64,000 nucleotides of DNA from an uncultured Gammaproteobacteria bacterium (lineage in GTDB: Bacteria; Pseudomonadota; Gammaproteobacteria; JBBQDK01): NCBI GenBank assembly GCA_963778665.1, contig CAVZVG010000006.1, positions 396,358-460,357 of the forward strand. Direction: 5' to 3'. The translations under genes and the position numbers were made by a program. Positions 22,664 through 32,605 of the stretch are shown one piece after another; position 1 is the first letter of the stretch; the number at the start of each line of letters is the position of its first letter. The notes below the pieces were generated by a model that was given only the letters and a program-made list of their open reading frames with translations, ran no database searches and was not told the DNA's origin.

Positions 22664-22780
22664 GAGCGCCTCGTGGCGCTCGCCCGCTCTCCCTCCCTGA
22701 GCGGGCATAAAGACCCGGTTTCCCCAAACCGGGTAATGTTGGCCCCGGTTATTTCCCCCTTAACAACCGGGGCTTTTTTT
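22664..22780 (+). ncRNA. Candidate structured small RNA or 3'-UTR element: four consecutive GC-rich hairpins, the last an intrinsic terminator (strand assignment tentative)
   Basis: The four hairpins are gagcgcc-tcgt-ggcgctc (22664-81), gcccgctc-tccctccct-gagcgggc (22682-706), acccggttt-cccc-aaaccgggt (22713-34) and gccccggtt-atttcccccttaac-aaccggggc followed by T7 (22742-80). No plausible + strand CDS lies upstream. The track ORFs here are compositionally implausible. Confidence 0.35.
22742..22780 (+). terminator. Rho-independent terminator (9-bp GC stem followed by TTTTTTT)
   Basis: The sequence is gccccggtt...aaccggggc ttttttt. The T-tract is on the + strand only. The stem abuts the engB stop (22790) on the opposite strand. 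Confidence 0.7.
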
Positions 22781-22789
22781 GCCCGCGAT

Positions 22790-23395
22790 TCAGCCCTCAT
22801 CTTCCCTCAACCAGGCCGTCAACAGCTGCCGCGCCTCATCTACCCCGGCATGTTTGAGCGCTGAAAACAATTGCAGCGACACCGGCAACTGATACGCCTG
22901 CAGATCCTTGCGGACCTTTTGCAGCACCGCAAGACCGGGGCCGCGATTCAGTTTGTCGGCTTTGGTAAGCAGGATATGCACGCGCAACTGCGCGGCTTCA
23001 CACCAGCGCAGCATCTGCATGTCCTGATCGGTCAGGGGATGGCGGATATCCATTACCAGAACCAGCCCGCACAGAGCGGTCCTTTTCTGCAGATACTCCG
23101 CGATCGCGGCTTGCCACTGTATCTTGACCGCCTCCGGCACGCGCGCATAACCATAGCCCGGCAGATCCACCAATCGGCGCCCGGCATCGAGCGAGAAAAA
23201 ATTCAACAACTGGGTGCGCCCCGGAGTCTTGCTGGTGCGCGCCAGAGAGCGCACCCCGGTAATGGCATTCAGCGCACTGGATTTGCCCGCGTTGGAACGT
23301 CCAGCAAAGGCCACTTCCCGCCCTTGATCGGGTGGCGCCGAACGGATATTCGGTGCACTTTTCAGAAAGCTGGCAAACAACGGCGAGGTACTCAT
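22790..23395 (-). CDS. engB: Ribosome-biogenesis GTPase EngB/YihA
   Basis: G1 motif GRSNAGKSS and G3 motif DLPGYG. The start is placed at MSTSPLF (ATG 23395); the ORF is open to 23467. Confidence 0.92.
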   Translation of the reverse strand: MSTSPLFASFLKSAPNIRSAPPDQGREVAFAGRSNAGKSSALNAITGVRSLARTSKTPGRTQLLNFFSLDAGRRLVDLPGYGYARVPEAVKIQWQAAIAEYLQKRTALCGLVLVMDIRHPLTDQDMQMLRWCEAAQLRVHILLTKADKLNRGPGLAVLQKVRKDLQAYQLPVSLQLFSALKHAGVDEARQLLTAWLREDEG

Positions 23396-23587
23396 GGGCA
23401 TGGCTCGATGACCGTAAAGATTAGGGTAAATTCGTTGCGCGAAGGGACTGAAGGTTGACCAGGCCAATGCCGGCTGGTATACAGTGGGCCCGCTTTTTTA
23501 ACCGCTGGCGACGGTCGCGCGCAGTGTAGCACGCGCATGAATACGGGCCATGCCACTGGTCGACGCAGCACTAGGAGTGTATTGAAA

Positions 23588-24199
23588 ATGAACAAGCTTA
23601 TCGCAATCTCCGCCGGTCTGATCTGGTTCGCTATCGGCAGCACGACCGTACTGGCGGCGGGCGATGCCGGCGTCGGCCGCGCCAAGGCCGCCGCTTGTGC
23701 CGCCTGCCACGGCGAAGACGGCAACAGCGTCAACCCGGAGTGGCCGAAACTGGCGGGCCAGGGCGAAGCCTATATCATCAAACAACTGTCTGACTTCAAA
23801 TCCGGCGCGCGCACCAACGCCATCATGAATGGCATGGCGGCACCCTTGAGCCCGCAGGATATGGCCGATGTAGCCGCCTATTTCTCCAGCCAGAAGCGCA
23901 CCCCCGGCGGCGCCAACAAGGACCTGGTGGCACAGGGTGAAAAACTCTATCGTGGCGGCAACAGCGCGACGGAAGCCCCGCCCTGCGAAGGCTGCCATGG
24001 CCCCTCGGGTGCCGGCAACCCGGCCGCCAAGTTCCCCTCGCTGAGCGGCCAGCACGCCGTGTACGTCGCCACCCAGCTCAAGAGCTTCAAGGATGGCACA
24101 CGTACCAACGATCCCAATAAAATGATGGAGATGGTTGCAGCCAAGTTGAGCGACGCGGAAATCAAGGCGGTCGCCGATTATGTACAGGGCCTGCATTGA
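23588..24199 (+). CDS. Dihaem cytochrome c4
   Basis: Signal peptide MNKLIAISAGLIWFAIGSTTVLA and two CxxCH motifs (CAACH, CEGCH), each followed by a distal Met region. The gene is divergent from engB, as in Pseudomonas. Confidence 0.9.
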   Translation: MNKLIAISAGLIWFAIGSTTVLAAGDAGVGRAKAAACAACHGEDGNSVNPEWPKLAGQGEAYIIKQLSDFKSGARTNAIMNGMAAPLSPQDMADVAAYFSSQKRTPGGANKDLVAQGEKLYRGGNSATEAPPCEGCHGPSGAGNPAAKFPSLSGQHAVYVATQLKSFKDGTRTNDPNKMMEMVAAKLSDAEIKAVADYVQGLH

Positions 24200-24226
24200 G
24201 GGAACTTCTTTACGGTTTATATATCA

Positions 24227-24257
24227 GCAAAAGGGCGGCCATGTGCCGCCCTTTTGC
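24227..24257. terminator. Perfect 13-bp hairpin after cytochrome c4 (terminator-like in both directions)
   Basis: The hairpin is gcaaaagggcggc-catgt-gccgcccttttgc. A and T runs are built into the stem flanks. Confidence 0.65.
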
Positions 24258-24362
24258 GTTGTGACAAATTGATTCCGGCGACGTCTCCGGCATAGTCAGC
24301 GCCCGCGAAAACTTGTATCTTGACCGTATATTGATTGCCACCGATAAGCCCTTGGAGGAAAA

Positions 24363-25010
24363 ATGAGTGCACTTGGCCGTGGTTTTGCCGCATTGCTTCT
24401 GATCGTCCCGCTGCTGGCCTGCGCGCAACCCGCGTCTGAGCAGTACCAGGAAGGCAAACAATACGAACTTATCAGCCCGCCGCAACCGACCGGGAACAGC
24501 GCCACAGTCGAAGTGGTGGAGGCATTCTGGTATGCCTGCCCGCATTGCTTCCATCTGGAACCCACCCTCGAAGCCTGGCTCAAGCACAAACCCGCCGACG
24601 TCACCTTCATCCGGATGCCGGCTGCATTCAATCCCAGCTGGGAGTTGCTGGCGCGAGCCTACTACTCCGCCGAAGAACTTGGCGTCCTCGACAAGATCCA
24701 TGAACCGCTGTTCAATGCCATACACGAAAAGCACGAGCCGATGAATACTGACCAAGACGTGATTTCATTCTTCACAGCGCACGGCGTGAAGGAAGACGAC
24801 ATCCGCAACGCCATGAGCTCATTCTCGGTCGAAACCAAGGTGCGCCGCGCCAAACAGATGGGCATGCGATATGGCATCACCGGCGTGCCGGCGTTCATCA
24901 TCAACGGAAAATACCGCACTGACGTAGGCATGGCCGGCGGCCCCGATGCACTGTTCAAAGTTGTCGATTTTCTGATCAAGAAAGAAAGCGCGGCGATGCA
25001 TGGCAAATAG
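24363..25010 (+). CDS. dsbA: Thiol:disulfide interchange protein DsbA
   Basis: Signal peptide and CPHC active site (FWYACPHCFHLEP), 215 aa. Confidence 0.94.
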   Translation: MSALGRGFAALLLIVPLLACAQPASEQYQEGKQYELISPPQPTGNSATVEVVEAFWYACPHCFHLEPTLEAWLKHKPADVTFIRMPAAFNPSWELLARAYYSAEELGVLDKIHEPLFNAIHEKHEPMNTDQDVISFFTAHGVKEDDIRNAMSSFSVETKVRRAKQMGMRYGITGVPAFIINGKYRTDVGMAGGPDALFKVVDFLIKKESAAMHGK

Positions 25011-25031
25011 GCCGGCTGCCGGGCAGCGCCG

Positions 25032-26663
25032 ATGAAGGCGGTCGAGTTATTCCTGAAATGCCTGGAAAACGAAGGTGTCGAGTATATCTTCGGCATCCCG
25101 GGCGAGGAGAATCTGGATCTTATGGATGCCCTGCTGGATTCGCCGATCCGGTTCATCACCACGCGTCATGAACAGGGGGCGGCCTTCATGGCCGATGTCT
25201 ACGGCCGGCTTACCGGCCGCGCCGGTGTCTGCCTGTCCACCCTCGGACCGGGCGCCACCAATCTGGTCACCGGTGTCGCCGATGCCAACATGGATCACGC
25301 ACCGGTGGTGGCGATTTCCGGTCAGGCCAGCACCAACCGCCTGCACAAGGAATCACATCAGGTGCTCGACCTGGAGCAAATGTTTCGCTCCGTCACGAAA
25401 TATTCGTCACGCCTGCTGACGCCGAACATCATCCCCGAAGTGGTGCGCAAGGCCTTCGATCTGGCACAGACCGAAAAGATGGGCGCGTGCTTCATCGAAA
25501 TTCCGGAAAACATCGCCGAAATGGAAATCATCGCCACGCCTTTGCCGGCGTGCCCGGCGGCCATTCCCGAACCGCCCAGCGAACAGGTGACGCACGCCGC
25601 CGACCTCATCTCCAAGGCCAAGAACCCGATCATCCTGGCCGGCAACGGCGTGGTCCGCGCCGGGGCCTGGTCGCAACTGGCGGACTTCGCCGCCCGACTC
25701 AACATCCCGGTGGCCAACACCTTCATGGCCAAGGGTGTGCTGCCGTTCAAGCATCCGATGGCGCTGGGCAGCGCCGGACTGCAGGCCAACGATTACATCA
25801 GCTGCGGTTTCTCGCGCGCCGATGTGATCATCTGCATCGGTTACGACCTGGTCGAATACCACCCCTATCTCTGGCACCCCACCGGGGACCGCAATATTAT
25901 CCACATCGATTCTTCGCCAGCCGAGGTCGATGCCAACTACTGCACCGAGGTCAGCGTTGTCGGCGACATCCGTCACAGCCTGCCGCGCATCGCACAACTC
26001 GCCCAGCCCAACCAGGGCCCGGCGATGCGCGCGCTGCGCGAGGCGCTGATCAGCGAAATGAAGCAGCATAGCCGCGACGATGGCTTCCCGGTCAAGCCGC
26101 AGAAAATCATCTGGGATCTGCGCACCGCGCTGAAATTGGAGGACATCGTGATCTGCGACGTCGGCGCCCACAAGATGTGGATGGCGCGCATGTTCCGCTG
26201 CGAGATCCCGAATACCTGCATCATTTCCAACGGCTTCGCCAGCATGGGCATCGCGGTGCCCGGCGCCATCGCCGCCAAGCTGGCCAACCCGGACCGCGCC
26301 GTGGTGGCGGTGACCGGCGACGCCGGTTTCATGATGAACTCGCAGGAAATCGAAACCGCGCTGCGCATCAAGACGCCGATCGTGATCCTGATCTGGAACG
26401 ACTGCGGCTACGGTCTGATCGAGTGGAAGCAGATGAATTATTTCAAGCGAACTTCGCATGTCAAATTCACCAACCCGGACTTCGTGAAATACGCGGAGTC
26501 GTTCGGCGCCAAAGGCTATCGGGTGAATTCCAGCGCCGAACTCATGGGCGTGCTGCAACAAGCACTCGCCGATAACACGGTGAGCGTTATCGATTGCCCC
26601 GTGGACTATAGCGAAAATTTCAAGCTGACGGAAAAGCTGGGGGAGATGGTGTGTCCGATATGA
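25032..26663 (+). CDS. Thiamine-pyrophosphate enzyme, acetolactate synthase (catabolic AlsS-like) family
   Basis: 543 aa. The N-terminal TPP-pyrimidine domain reads GVEYIFGIPGEENLDLMDAL. The C-terminal TPP-binding motif reads GDAGFMMNSQEIETA...WND. No small subunit is adjacent. Confidence 0.85.
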   Translation: MKAVELFLKCLENEGVEYIFGIPGEENLDLMDALLDSPIRFITTRHEQGAAFMADVYGRLTGRAGVCLSTLGPGATNLVTGVADANMDHAPVVAISGQASTNRLHKESHQVLDLEQMFRSVTKYSSRLLTPNIIPEVVRKAFDLAQTEKMGACFIEIPENIAEMEIIATPLPACPAAIPEPPSEQVTHAADLISKAKNPIILAGNGVVRAGAWSQLADFAARLNIPVANTFMAKGVLPFKHPMALGSAGLQANDYISCGFSRADVIICIGYDLVEYHPYLWHPTGDRNIIHIDSSPAEVDANYCTEVSVVGDIRHSLPRIAQLAQPNQGPAMRALREALISEMKQHSRDDGFPVKPQKIIWDLRTALKLEDIVICDVGAHKMWMARMFRCEIPNTCIISNGFASMGIAVPGAIAAKLANPDRAVVAVTGDAGFMMNSQEIETALRIKTPIVILIWNDCGYGLIEWKQMNYFKRTSHVKFTNPDFVKYAESFGAKGYRVNSSAELMGVLQQALADNTVSVIDCPVDYSENFKLTEKLGEMVCPI

Positions 26664-27472
26664 ATCTCGGCGGCAGCACCGCCACGCATGCCGAACAGGC
26701 CCCGCCTGCGCTCCATGGCGCCCGGCGGCTGCGGCTGCTGAGTTTCAACATCCAGACCGGCATCACCACCAGCCACTACCGTCAATACCTGACGCAAAGC
26801 TGGCGGCATGTACTGCCGTTCGCGCAACGCAGTGGCAACCTCGACACCATCGCCAACCTGGTCAGCGATTACGATCTGGTCGGCCTGCAGGAAGTCGATG
26901 CCGGCAGCATCCGCAGCAGCCACATCAACCAGACCGAATACCTTGCCGCGCAGGGTCAATTCCCCTATTGGTACGACCAGACCAACCGCAGCCTGGGCCG
27001 CTTCGCGCAGCACAGCATCGGCATCCTCAGCCGCCTGCAACCCAGCTCCATCCGTGAACATAAACTGCCGGGGCGGATTCCCGGTCGCGGCGTGCTGCGG
27101 GTGCGCTACGGCGATTCCGTGCATGGACTCACGGTGTTGATCGTGCACCTGGCCTTGAGCCGTCGCGCACGTCTGCATCAACTTGGCTTTATCAGCGAAC
27201 TGGTCAACAGCGAGCGTCATGTGATCCTGATGGGCGATCTCAATTGCCGCTCCCACAGTCCCGAGATGGATTACCTGATCAACGCAACCCTGATGCGCGA
27301 GCCCACGCATGGTCTGAATACTTTCCCGAGCTGGCGCCCGCAACGTAATATCGACCACATACTGGTGACGCCGACCTTACAGGTCGAAAGCGCCCAGGTG
27401 CTCAATGTACCGCTGTCCGATCATCTGCCGATTGCCATGAACATTACCTTGCCCGAATCTCTGCAATTGTAA
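26651..27472 (+). CDS. Endonuclease/exonuclease/phosphatase (EEP) family protein
   Basis: RLLSFNIQ...GLQEVD...ILMGDLNC...DHILV...SDHLPI are the conserved EEP catalytic blocks. The alternative ATG at 26660 overlaps the upstream stop as ATGA. Confidence 0.85.
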   Translation: MSDMNLGGSTATHAEQAPPALHGARRLRLLSFNIQTGITTSHYRQYLTQSWRHVLPFAQRSGNLDTIANLVSDYDLVGLQEVDAGSIRSSHINQTEYLAAQGQFPYWYDQTNRSLGRFAQHSIGILSRLQPSSIREHKLPGRIPGRGVLRVRYGDSVHGLTVLIVHLALSRRARLHQLGFISELVNSERHVILMGDLNCRSHSPEMDYLINATLMREPTHGLNTFPSWRPQRNIDHILVTPTLQVESAQVLNVPLSDHLPIAMNITLPESLQL

Positions 27473-27532
27473 AAAAACGGCCCGGGCCGCCAACACTCCC
27501 GTACCTGCATTCACACAGGAAAGAATAACAAT

Positions 27533-29173
27533 ATGGCCGAAGACGATACCCTCCAAGCCGAGCAATGGAAGCGTCGTTACTACGACAGTCTCGAGCAACT
27601 GGAAAAAAAGGAGAAGCTCTGGGGCCGCACCGAAGACCTGCTACGGCGGGCCATCTCGCGTTTGTCACTGGCCGCCGAGGGCCTGGACAACACCCTGGAC
27701 GATCAACTTGAATCGTTGCGCAACGCCTTCCGCGACAAGGCGGACGGCAGCGTGCTGTATCAACGTGTCGAGGCCATGTCCGACACCTTGCTGCGACTCG
27801 ATCAGAAGAAAAAGGCCGATCGCACGGGAAAGAAAGCCGCCACGCCATCGCTGACGCGACTGCTCGACCGCCTGGAACTGCCCAAGGGCCTGGGCCGCAA
27901 GACCAAGGTATTGCGCGAACATCTCGCCGATGTCCCCGGCAGCAACATCGATCCCTTGCTCAATGAATTCGCCGGCCTGCTGCACGAGGCCTTTGCGCTG
28001 GTCGATGCCAACGTCGGCAAGACCGGCGATACCGGTGGCGGGATGCTGCGCAAACTGTTCGGCAAGGCGCCTCCGGCGACGGACCAGAGCGGCATCCCGA
28101 CTACAGCAACGCAGACTGCCACTGAAGCACCGATCTCACTCCAGGAAATGCTGCTGCAACTGCTGGAGCGACTCACCTTGCCGGCCGAACTCAATGCGCG
28201 CGTCGACGGCATCAAGATGCGCCTCGAAGCCGTCGTGGACAGCGCCGACTGGGCACGCATTCTGGAGGACATCGCCGGCCTGATCGCCGAGATGCGCAAT
28301 CTGGTGCAGCAGGAACAACGCGAGATCGAAGACTTTCTGAAACAACTTACCGATCGCCTGCAGGAGCTGGACCTTAACCTGCAGGGCGCGCAGGAGGTCA
28401 GCAGCAGCGCACAGCAGGAAGGCGCCGCGCTTGACCGTACGGTACAGGATCATGTGCGCGACATCGAATCGAGCGTGCGCGATGCCACCAGCATCGGCGA
28501 ACTCAAGCAGTCGGTGCAACAACGTCTCGAAGTGCTGCGCTCGCATCTGGAGGATTACCGCAGCACCGAGGGCCAGCGTCAGCAGCAATTGAGCCAACAA
28601 CTCTCGACACTGACCACGCGCCTGGGCGCGCTGGAAAACGAGGCCACGGAGTTACGCACGCGCATCAGCGCCGAACGCAGCCAGGCCCTGCTCGATCCGC
28701 TCACCGGCATCCCCAACCGGCTCGCCTATCAGGAGCGCAGTGCGCAGGAACTGGCTCGCTGGAAACGCTTCAAGACACCGCTCTGTCTGTTTGTCTGGGA
28801 CGTCGACAATTTCAAGAGCATCAACGACACCTACGGCCACAAGGCCGGCGACAAGGTATTGACCACCATCGCCAAGCTGCTGCACACGCAGATCCGCGAA
28901 ACCGATTTTCTGGCCCGCTACGGCGGCGAGGAATTCGTCATGCTGACCAGCGGCGCCGATCTCAACGCCGCGCGCGAGTTGGGCGAGAAATTGCGCAAAG
29001 CGGTGGAGACTTGCGGATTTCACTTCCGCGGCGAGGCGGTGACCATCACCATGTCCTGCGGCATCAGTGCATTCCGTGACGGCGACTCGACCGAGAGCGT
29101 CTTCGATAGAGCGGACAAGATCATGTACCGCGCCAAACAGGCGGGACGCAATCAGGTTGCCTGCGACGGATAA
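27533..29173 (+). CDS. Diguanylate cyclase with a long N-terminal coiled-coil region
   Basis: The C-terminal GGDEF domain carries an intact GGEEF and an RxxD I-site (IRETDFLARYGGEEF). The N-terminal roughly 370 aa are heptad-like and Gln/Leu/Glu-rich. Confidence 0.92.
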   Translation: MAEDDTLQAEQWKRRYYDSLEQLEKKEKLWGRTEDLLRRAISRLSLAAEGLDNTLDDQLESLRNAFRDKADGSVLYQRVEAMSDTLLRLDQKKKADRTGKKAATPSLTRLLDRLELPKGLGRKTKVLREHLADVPGSNIDPLLNEFAGLLHEAFALVDANVGKTGDTGGGMLRKLFGKAPPATDQSGIPTTATQTATEAPISLQEMLLQLLERLTLPAELNARVDGIKMRLEAVVDSADWARILEDIAGLIAEMRNLVQQEQREIEDFLKQLTDRLQELDLNLQGAQEVSSSAQQEGAALDRTVQDHVRDIESSVRDATSIGELKQSVQQRLEVLRSHLEDYRSTEGQRQQQLSQQLSTLTTRLGALENEATELRTRISAERSQALLDPLTGIPNRLAYQERSAQELARWKRFKTPLCLFVWDVDNFKSINDTYGHKAGDKVLTTIAKLLHTQIRETDFLARYGGEEFVMLTSGADLNAARELGEKLRKAVETCGFHFRGEAVTITMSCGISAFRDGDSTESVFDRADKIMYRAKQAGRNQVACDG

Positions 29174-29175
29174 GT

Positions 29176-29508
29176 TCAGTCCTGCTCCAGGCTGGGCGAC
29201 CACTCGCCGTCGAATATCTGCAGGTCCTCGGAACGGAGACGGCGCTCGACATACAGCCTGTCCAGTGTCGCCTGGGTGATGGCGTGCGGCATGCCGCGGC
29301 TGTCGCGATAACGCCACTGGCCATGAATAACCAGCTTGAAGACGGTGTCCATGATATCGTCGAAACGGATGGCGTACTCGGCGGCCAGCCGATGAAAGTC
29401 CGCCAGACGCAGCGGTCGCTCCAGCTTCGCGCTCTCCTCGCGCGCCAGGGAAGCCAGCGCCACATCCCACTTGGGCAACTCGTCGTTCAGTCTGTCATCA
29501 TTCGCCAT
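29176..29508 (-). CDS. Hypothetical protein (110 aa)
   Basis: The ORF has protein-like composition and is convergent with the DGC gene. I recognise no domain. Confidence 0.55.
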   Translation of the reverse strand: MANDDRLNDELPKWDVALASLAREESAKLERPLRLADFHRLAAEYAIRFDDIMDTVFKLVIHGQWRYRDSRGMPHAITQATLDRLYVERRLRSEDLQIFDGEWSPSLEQD

Positions 29509-29571
29509 GCTTTACCCCCAATTGCCCGCGCCGTCGCCGGATGTGCACCATCCGGCATCCTGATTCTGCAC

Positions 29572-30108
29572 TTAACCGGCCGCGTCGGCCAGACCGAAAT
29601 TGATGCCCAGCGACAGTCGCAACCGATCGCTGTCATTGCGCGTCACCTCGTGCAGGCGCTGCGGCGCGAAGAACACGAACATGCCGGGCTGCGGAGCGAT
29701 TCGCGCGCTCCTCTCGCCTTCGTGTATCAACAGATCACCGCTGTGCGCAGGCACCTGCAGATAATACGCCGCCGACAACAGTTCGTCGTCATCGTCATGC
29801 GCATGCGGCAGGGTCACATCGCCCGGGCGCATGACATTGAACCAGAATCCCAGACGCAGCCGGGCCGGTGCGACGCCGACGATCCCGCCGGCAAAATCCC
29901 GGGCCTGCACCAGCAGCGCCTGCAAGCCCGGCAAGCTGTCGGCGGCGATATAGATGTTCTCATAGCGCCCGTTGAAGAAATGACTGCGACGCAGGACCGC
30001 ATCCTCAGGGCAGGACAGGAATGCCGCGCACAATGCCGCGTTGAGCGTGGCACAATCCGCGCAATGACGCAGTGTATAGAGCGTATCTGCAGCCGCATTA
30101 TCAGTCAT
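29572..30108 (-). CDS. Putative 2OG-Fe(II) oxygenase-like protein (TIGR02466-like)
   Basis: The motif layout W.N....G....H.H......SAAYYL..P..SGDL......P..G..V.F....LHEV..N.S...R.S...NF fits the double-stranded beta-helix HxD/H...H pattern. The family assignment is from memory. Confidence 0.6.
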   Translation of the reverse strand: MTDNAAADTLYTLRHCADCATLNAALCAAFLSCPEDAVLRRSHFFNGRYENIYIAADSLPGLQALLVQARDFAGGIVGVAPARLRLGFWFNVMRPGDVTLPHAHDDDDELLSAAYYLQVPAHSGDLLIHEGERSARIAPQPGMFVFFAPQRLHEVTRNDSDRLRLSLGINFGLADAAG

Positions 30109-30233
30109 GCCGGTGACGCGAGGCGCGCTGCATGGGGTCGCCGGGTGCGTGGCTGCACGCGCACCCTACGCAAACAAGCCCATCGGGGTGGTGTAGAATC
30201 GAGGCTACTGTCAGCCTATCTGTGGAGATGACC

Positions 30234-30419
30234 ATGATTGCCGGTATTGTTCTGATCGTTGCGGGAGTGCTGATCGCGCTGTATCCGCCGCTGTTGTCGT
30301 TGATCGTCGCGACCTTACTGATTGTCACGGGTGTCGCGGTAATCGGTATCGCCCGCTCTTACCGCCGCGCCGCGCGTCACCATGAAAATCCGGTGATCGA
30401 TCTGTTCTTCCGTTTCTGA
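30234..30419 (+). CDS. Small two-TM membrane protein (DUF3096-like)
   Basis: MIAGIVLIVAGVLIALYPPLLSLIVATLLIVTGVAVIGIA is two hydrophobic helices. GGAG lies 7 nt upstream of ATG 30234. The track ORF begins at 30132. Confidence 0.6.
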   Translation: MIAGIVLIVAGVLIALYPPLLSLIVATLLIVTGVAVIGIARSYRRAARHHENPVIDLFFRF

Positions 30420-30431
30420 TCCGGCGCTTCG

Positions 30432-31061
30432 TCACAACGCGCAACTGACTCCTGTCCCGCCAAGCCCGCAGTAGCCGCCCGGGTTTTTGGCCAGGTACTG
30501 CTGGTGGTAATCCTCGGCGTAAAAGAATTCCGGCGCCGGCATTATCTCGGTCGTCACCGTGCCGTGACCGGCGGCGCTCAACTGCTGCTGGTAGGCCGCA
30601 CACGAGGCCTGCGCCGCCTGCTGCTGCGCGGCATCGTAGGTGTAGATTCCGGATCGGTACTGGGTGCCGACATCATTGCCCTGCCGCATCCCCTGGGTGG
30701 GGTTGTGCGCCTCCCAGAAAATTTTCAACAACGCCTGATAACTGGTCTCTGCCGGATCGAAAACCACCAGCACCACTTCGTTGTGCCCGGTCAGGCCGGA
30801 GCACACTTCCCGATAGGTCGGATTGGGGGTGATGCCGGCGGCATAACCCACCGCCGTGGTGTACACGCCCGGCAAGGTCCAGAACTTGCGTTCCGCGCCC
30901 CAGAAGCAGCCCATGCCGAACAGAGCCTGTTGCATACCTTCCGGGAACGGCGGGCTCAGGCGGTTGCCGTTGACGTAGTGCCGTTCCGGCACCGGCATCC
31001 GGTCCGGGCGTCCCGGCAGCGCCTCATCCGGCCGAGGCAGCGTCAGTGTTTTACCATGCAT
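30432..31061 (-). CDS. msrA: Peptide methionine (S)-S-oxide reductase MsrA
   Basis: [13 protein letters not shown] active-site motif. The start is set at MHGKTL (ATG 31061); the ORF is open to 31109. Confidence 0.94.
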   Translation of the reverse strand: MHGKTLTLPRPDEALPGRPDRMPVPERHYVNGNRLSPPFPEGMQQALFGMGCFWGAERKFWTLPGVYTTAVGYAAGITPNPTYREVCSGLTGHNEVVLVVFDPAETSYQALLKIFWEAHNPTQGMRQGNDVGTQYRSGIYTYDAAQQQAAQASCAAYQQQLSAAGHGTVTTEIMPAPEFFYAEDYHQQYLAKNPGGYCGLGGTGVSCAL

Positions 31062-31140
31062 GTCATTAGCTCCACTCTGCGAGTGTGTCCAGTCTGCATG
31101 CAACCGCACGGCGGCTCAAGTCGCCAGCGGTGCAGCGTAG

Positions 31141-31686
31141 TCACAAGTCCAATGTTCCACTGCTGAACCTGTCGTAGATCAACTGCGCGGATTCGCGTCG
31201 CGCCTGGGCACTGAGGTGGTGATCGCGACGTACGCCCGGATCGATCAGGTGCACGACGGAAAGTCCTTGCAGCAGCAGATAGTCCGACAGCAACAGGCGA
31301 TGACAGTGTTCCGGCAGACGCTCGGCACACAGTACCGCCGTGCTCGAACGACCCGCGAGATTGATAAGCTGTGCAACGCCCTTCTTGAAGATCTCAGATC
31401 CCATATGGTCGGCATAACCGCGCAATCCGTCTTCGGCCAGCGCGATATGCGGCGAATCCGGGCGTGGACTGCGTAATCCGCCGAGCGAACGTCCGGCCCA
31501 GTGATACTGCAGGCCGGCCGTTTCCAGTTCCTCGCGCATGGACTCGCCATTAAATTGCGGATGGCGCTGCGACACCGGCTGGCTGCGCACATCGACCAGC
31601 AGCCGGATGCCGGCCTCGTGCAGCAACGCGAGCAACTGTTCGATATTGCGGTTGCTGTGACCGACGCTGAAAGCGGTGATTGTCAT
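31141..31686 (-). CDS. DUF488 family protein
   Basis: MTITAFSVGHSNRNIEQLLALLHEAGIRLLVDVRSQPVS is a typical DUF488 N-terminus. The family call is from memory. Confidence 0.7.
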   Translation of the reverse strand: MTITAFSVGHSNRNIEQLLALLHEAGIRLLVDVRSQPVSQRHPQFNGESMREELETAGLQYHWAGRSLGGLRSPRPDSPHIALAEDGLRGYADHMGSEIFKKGVAQLINLAGRSSTAVLCAERLPEHCHRLLLSDYLLLQGLSVVHLIDPGVRRDHHLSAQARRESAQLIYDRFSSGTLDL

Positions 31687-31813
31687 AAGGGGGAGGCGGG
31701 TGCTGAGCACCTATGTACAGATGAATTGATTTTAGCACGTCCCGCGCGCATCCCCGGGACAATTGGCACGCAAGCTGCTGCCCGATACCGCACCCAATCG
31801 TCAGGCATCCGAC

Positions 31814-32530
31814 ATGAAATACCTAACAACGATGATCGCTCTCGGACTCGGGCTGGGTTCGGTACCGGTTCAGGCGGAATTCAGTGCCGACCTGGCCGTG
31901 GCAACGGACTATGTCTGGCGCGGCGTTTCGCAGACTCTGGGCCGCCCGGCCGTGCAAGGCGGTATCAACTATAGTCATGCCAGTGGCGCGTATGCCGGGA
32001 TCTGGGCGTCGAACGTCAATTTTTATGACCCGAACGCGCCGGGCGCCGACCCGGCCGATGACGACGAGGCCAAGCTGGAACTGGATTACACTCTCGGCCT
32101 GGCAGGCGCGACGGTGCAGGAACTGGCTTGGGATATCGGCGTGTCCCGCTACACCTATCCCGGTGCGGTCAAGACGCTGCTGGACGCATCGGAGGAATTC
32201 TACGCCGGCGCGACTTACCACTGGGCCACTCTCAAGCTGTACCGTGACTTCGACAACCATACCGATTATCTGGAAGTCGGCGCGACCGCAACCCTGCCCC
32301 ATGAACTGAATCTGACCGCCAGCCTGGGTCGCTATCGGCTCAGCGACAACCCCGATTACAACGACTATCGCCTCGCCCTGTCCGGCACCACGCATGGGCT
32401 GGGTCTCGAACTGAGTTATACAGACACCAGTATGAACCAGGGTCGCTGCCTGGATTTTTCAGGCGCGACCAATCTGTGCGACGGACGGCTGGTATTGACG
32501 CTGTCGAAACACATCGGGAAGGACGAGTGA
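31814..32530 (+). CDS. Putative outer-membrane beta-barrel (TorF / TIGR02001-like porin)
   Basis: Signal peptide MKYLTTMIALGLGLGSVPVQA, then FSADLAVATDYVWRGVSQT...GGINYSH with alternating beta-strand pattern. Confidence 0.7.
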   Translation: MKYLTTMIALGLGLGSVPVQAEFSADLAVATDYVWRGVSQTLGRPAVQGGINYSHASGAYAGIWASNVNFYDPNAPGADPADDDEAKLELDYTLGLAGATVQELAWDIGVSRYTYPGAVKTLLDASEEFYAGATYHWATLKLYRDFDNHTDYLEVGATATLPHELNLTASLGRYRLSDNPDYNDYRLALSGTTHGLGLELSYTDTSMNQGRCLDFSGATNLCDGRLVLTLSKHIGKDE

Positions 32531-32605
32531 ATTCCAGCGCGGCCGCTCCGCATGAATGACATGGATTCCGGCACCGACCGGATTACGCCATGGGTGCGGA
32601 ATCGA

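Noticed and set aside
22316-22864. Track ORFs 22316-22630 (104 aa) and 22673-22864 (63 aa) as + strand genes that would explain the terminator at 22742-22780.
   Set aside because: Their composition is not protein-like and they have no RBS. The second ORF runs through the hairpins and the terminator itself and overlaps engB. The region is better explained as structured non-coding RNA or DNA.
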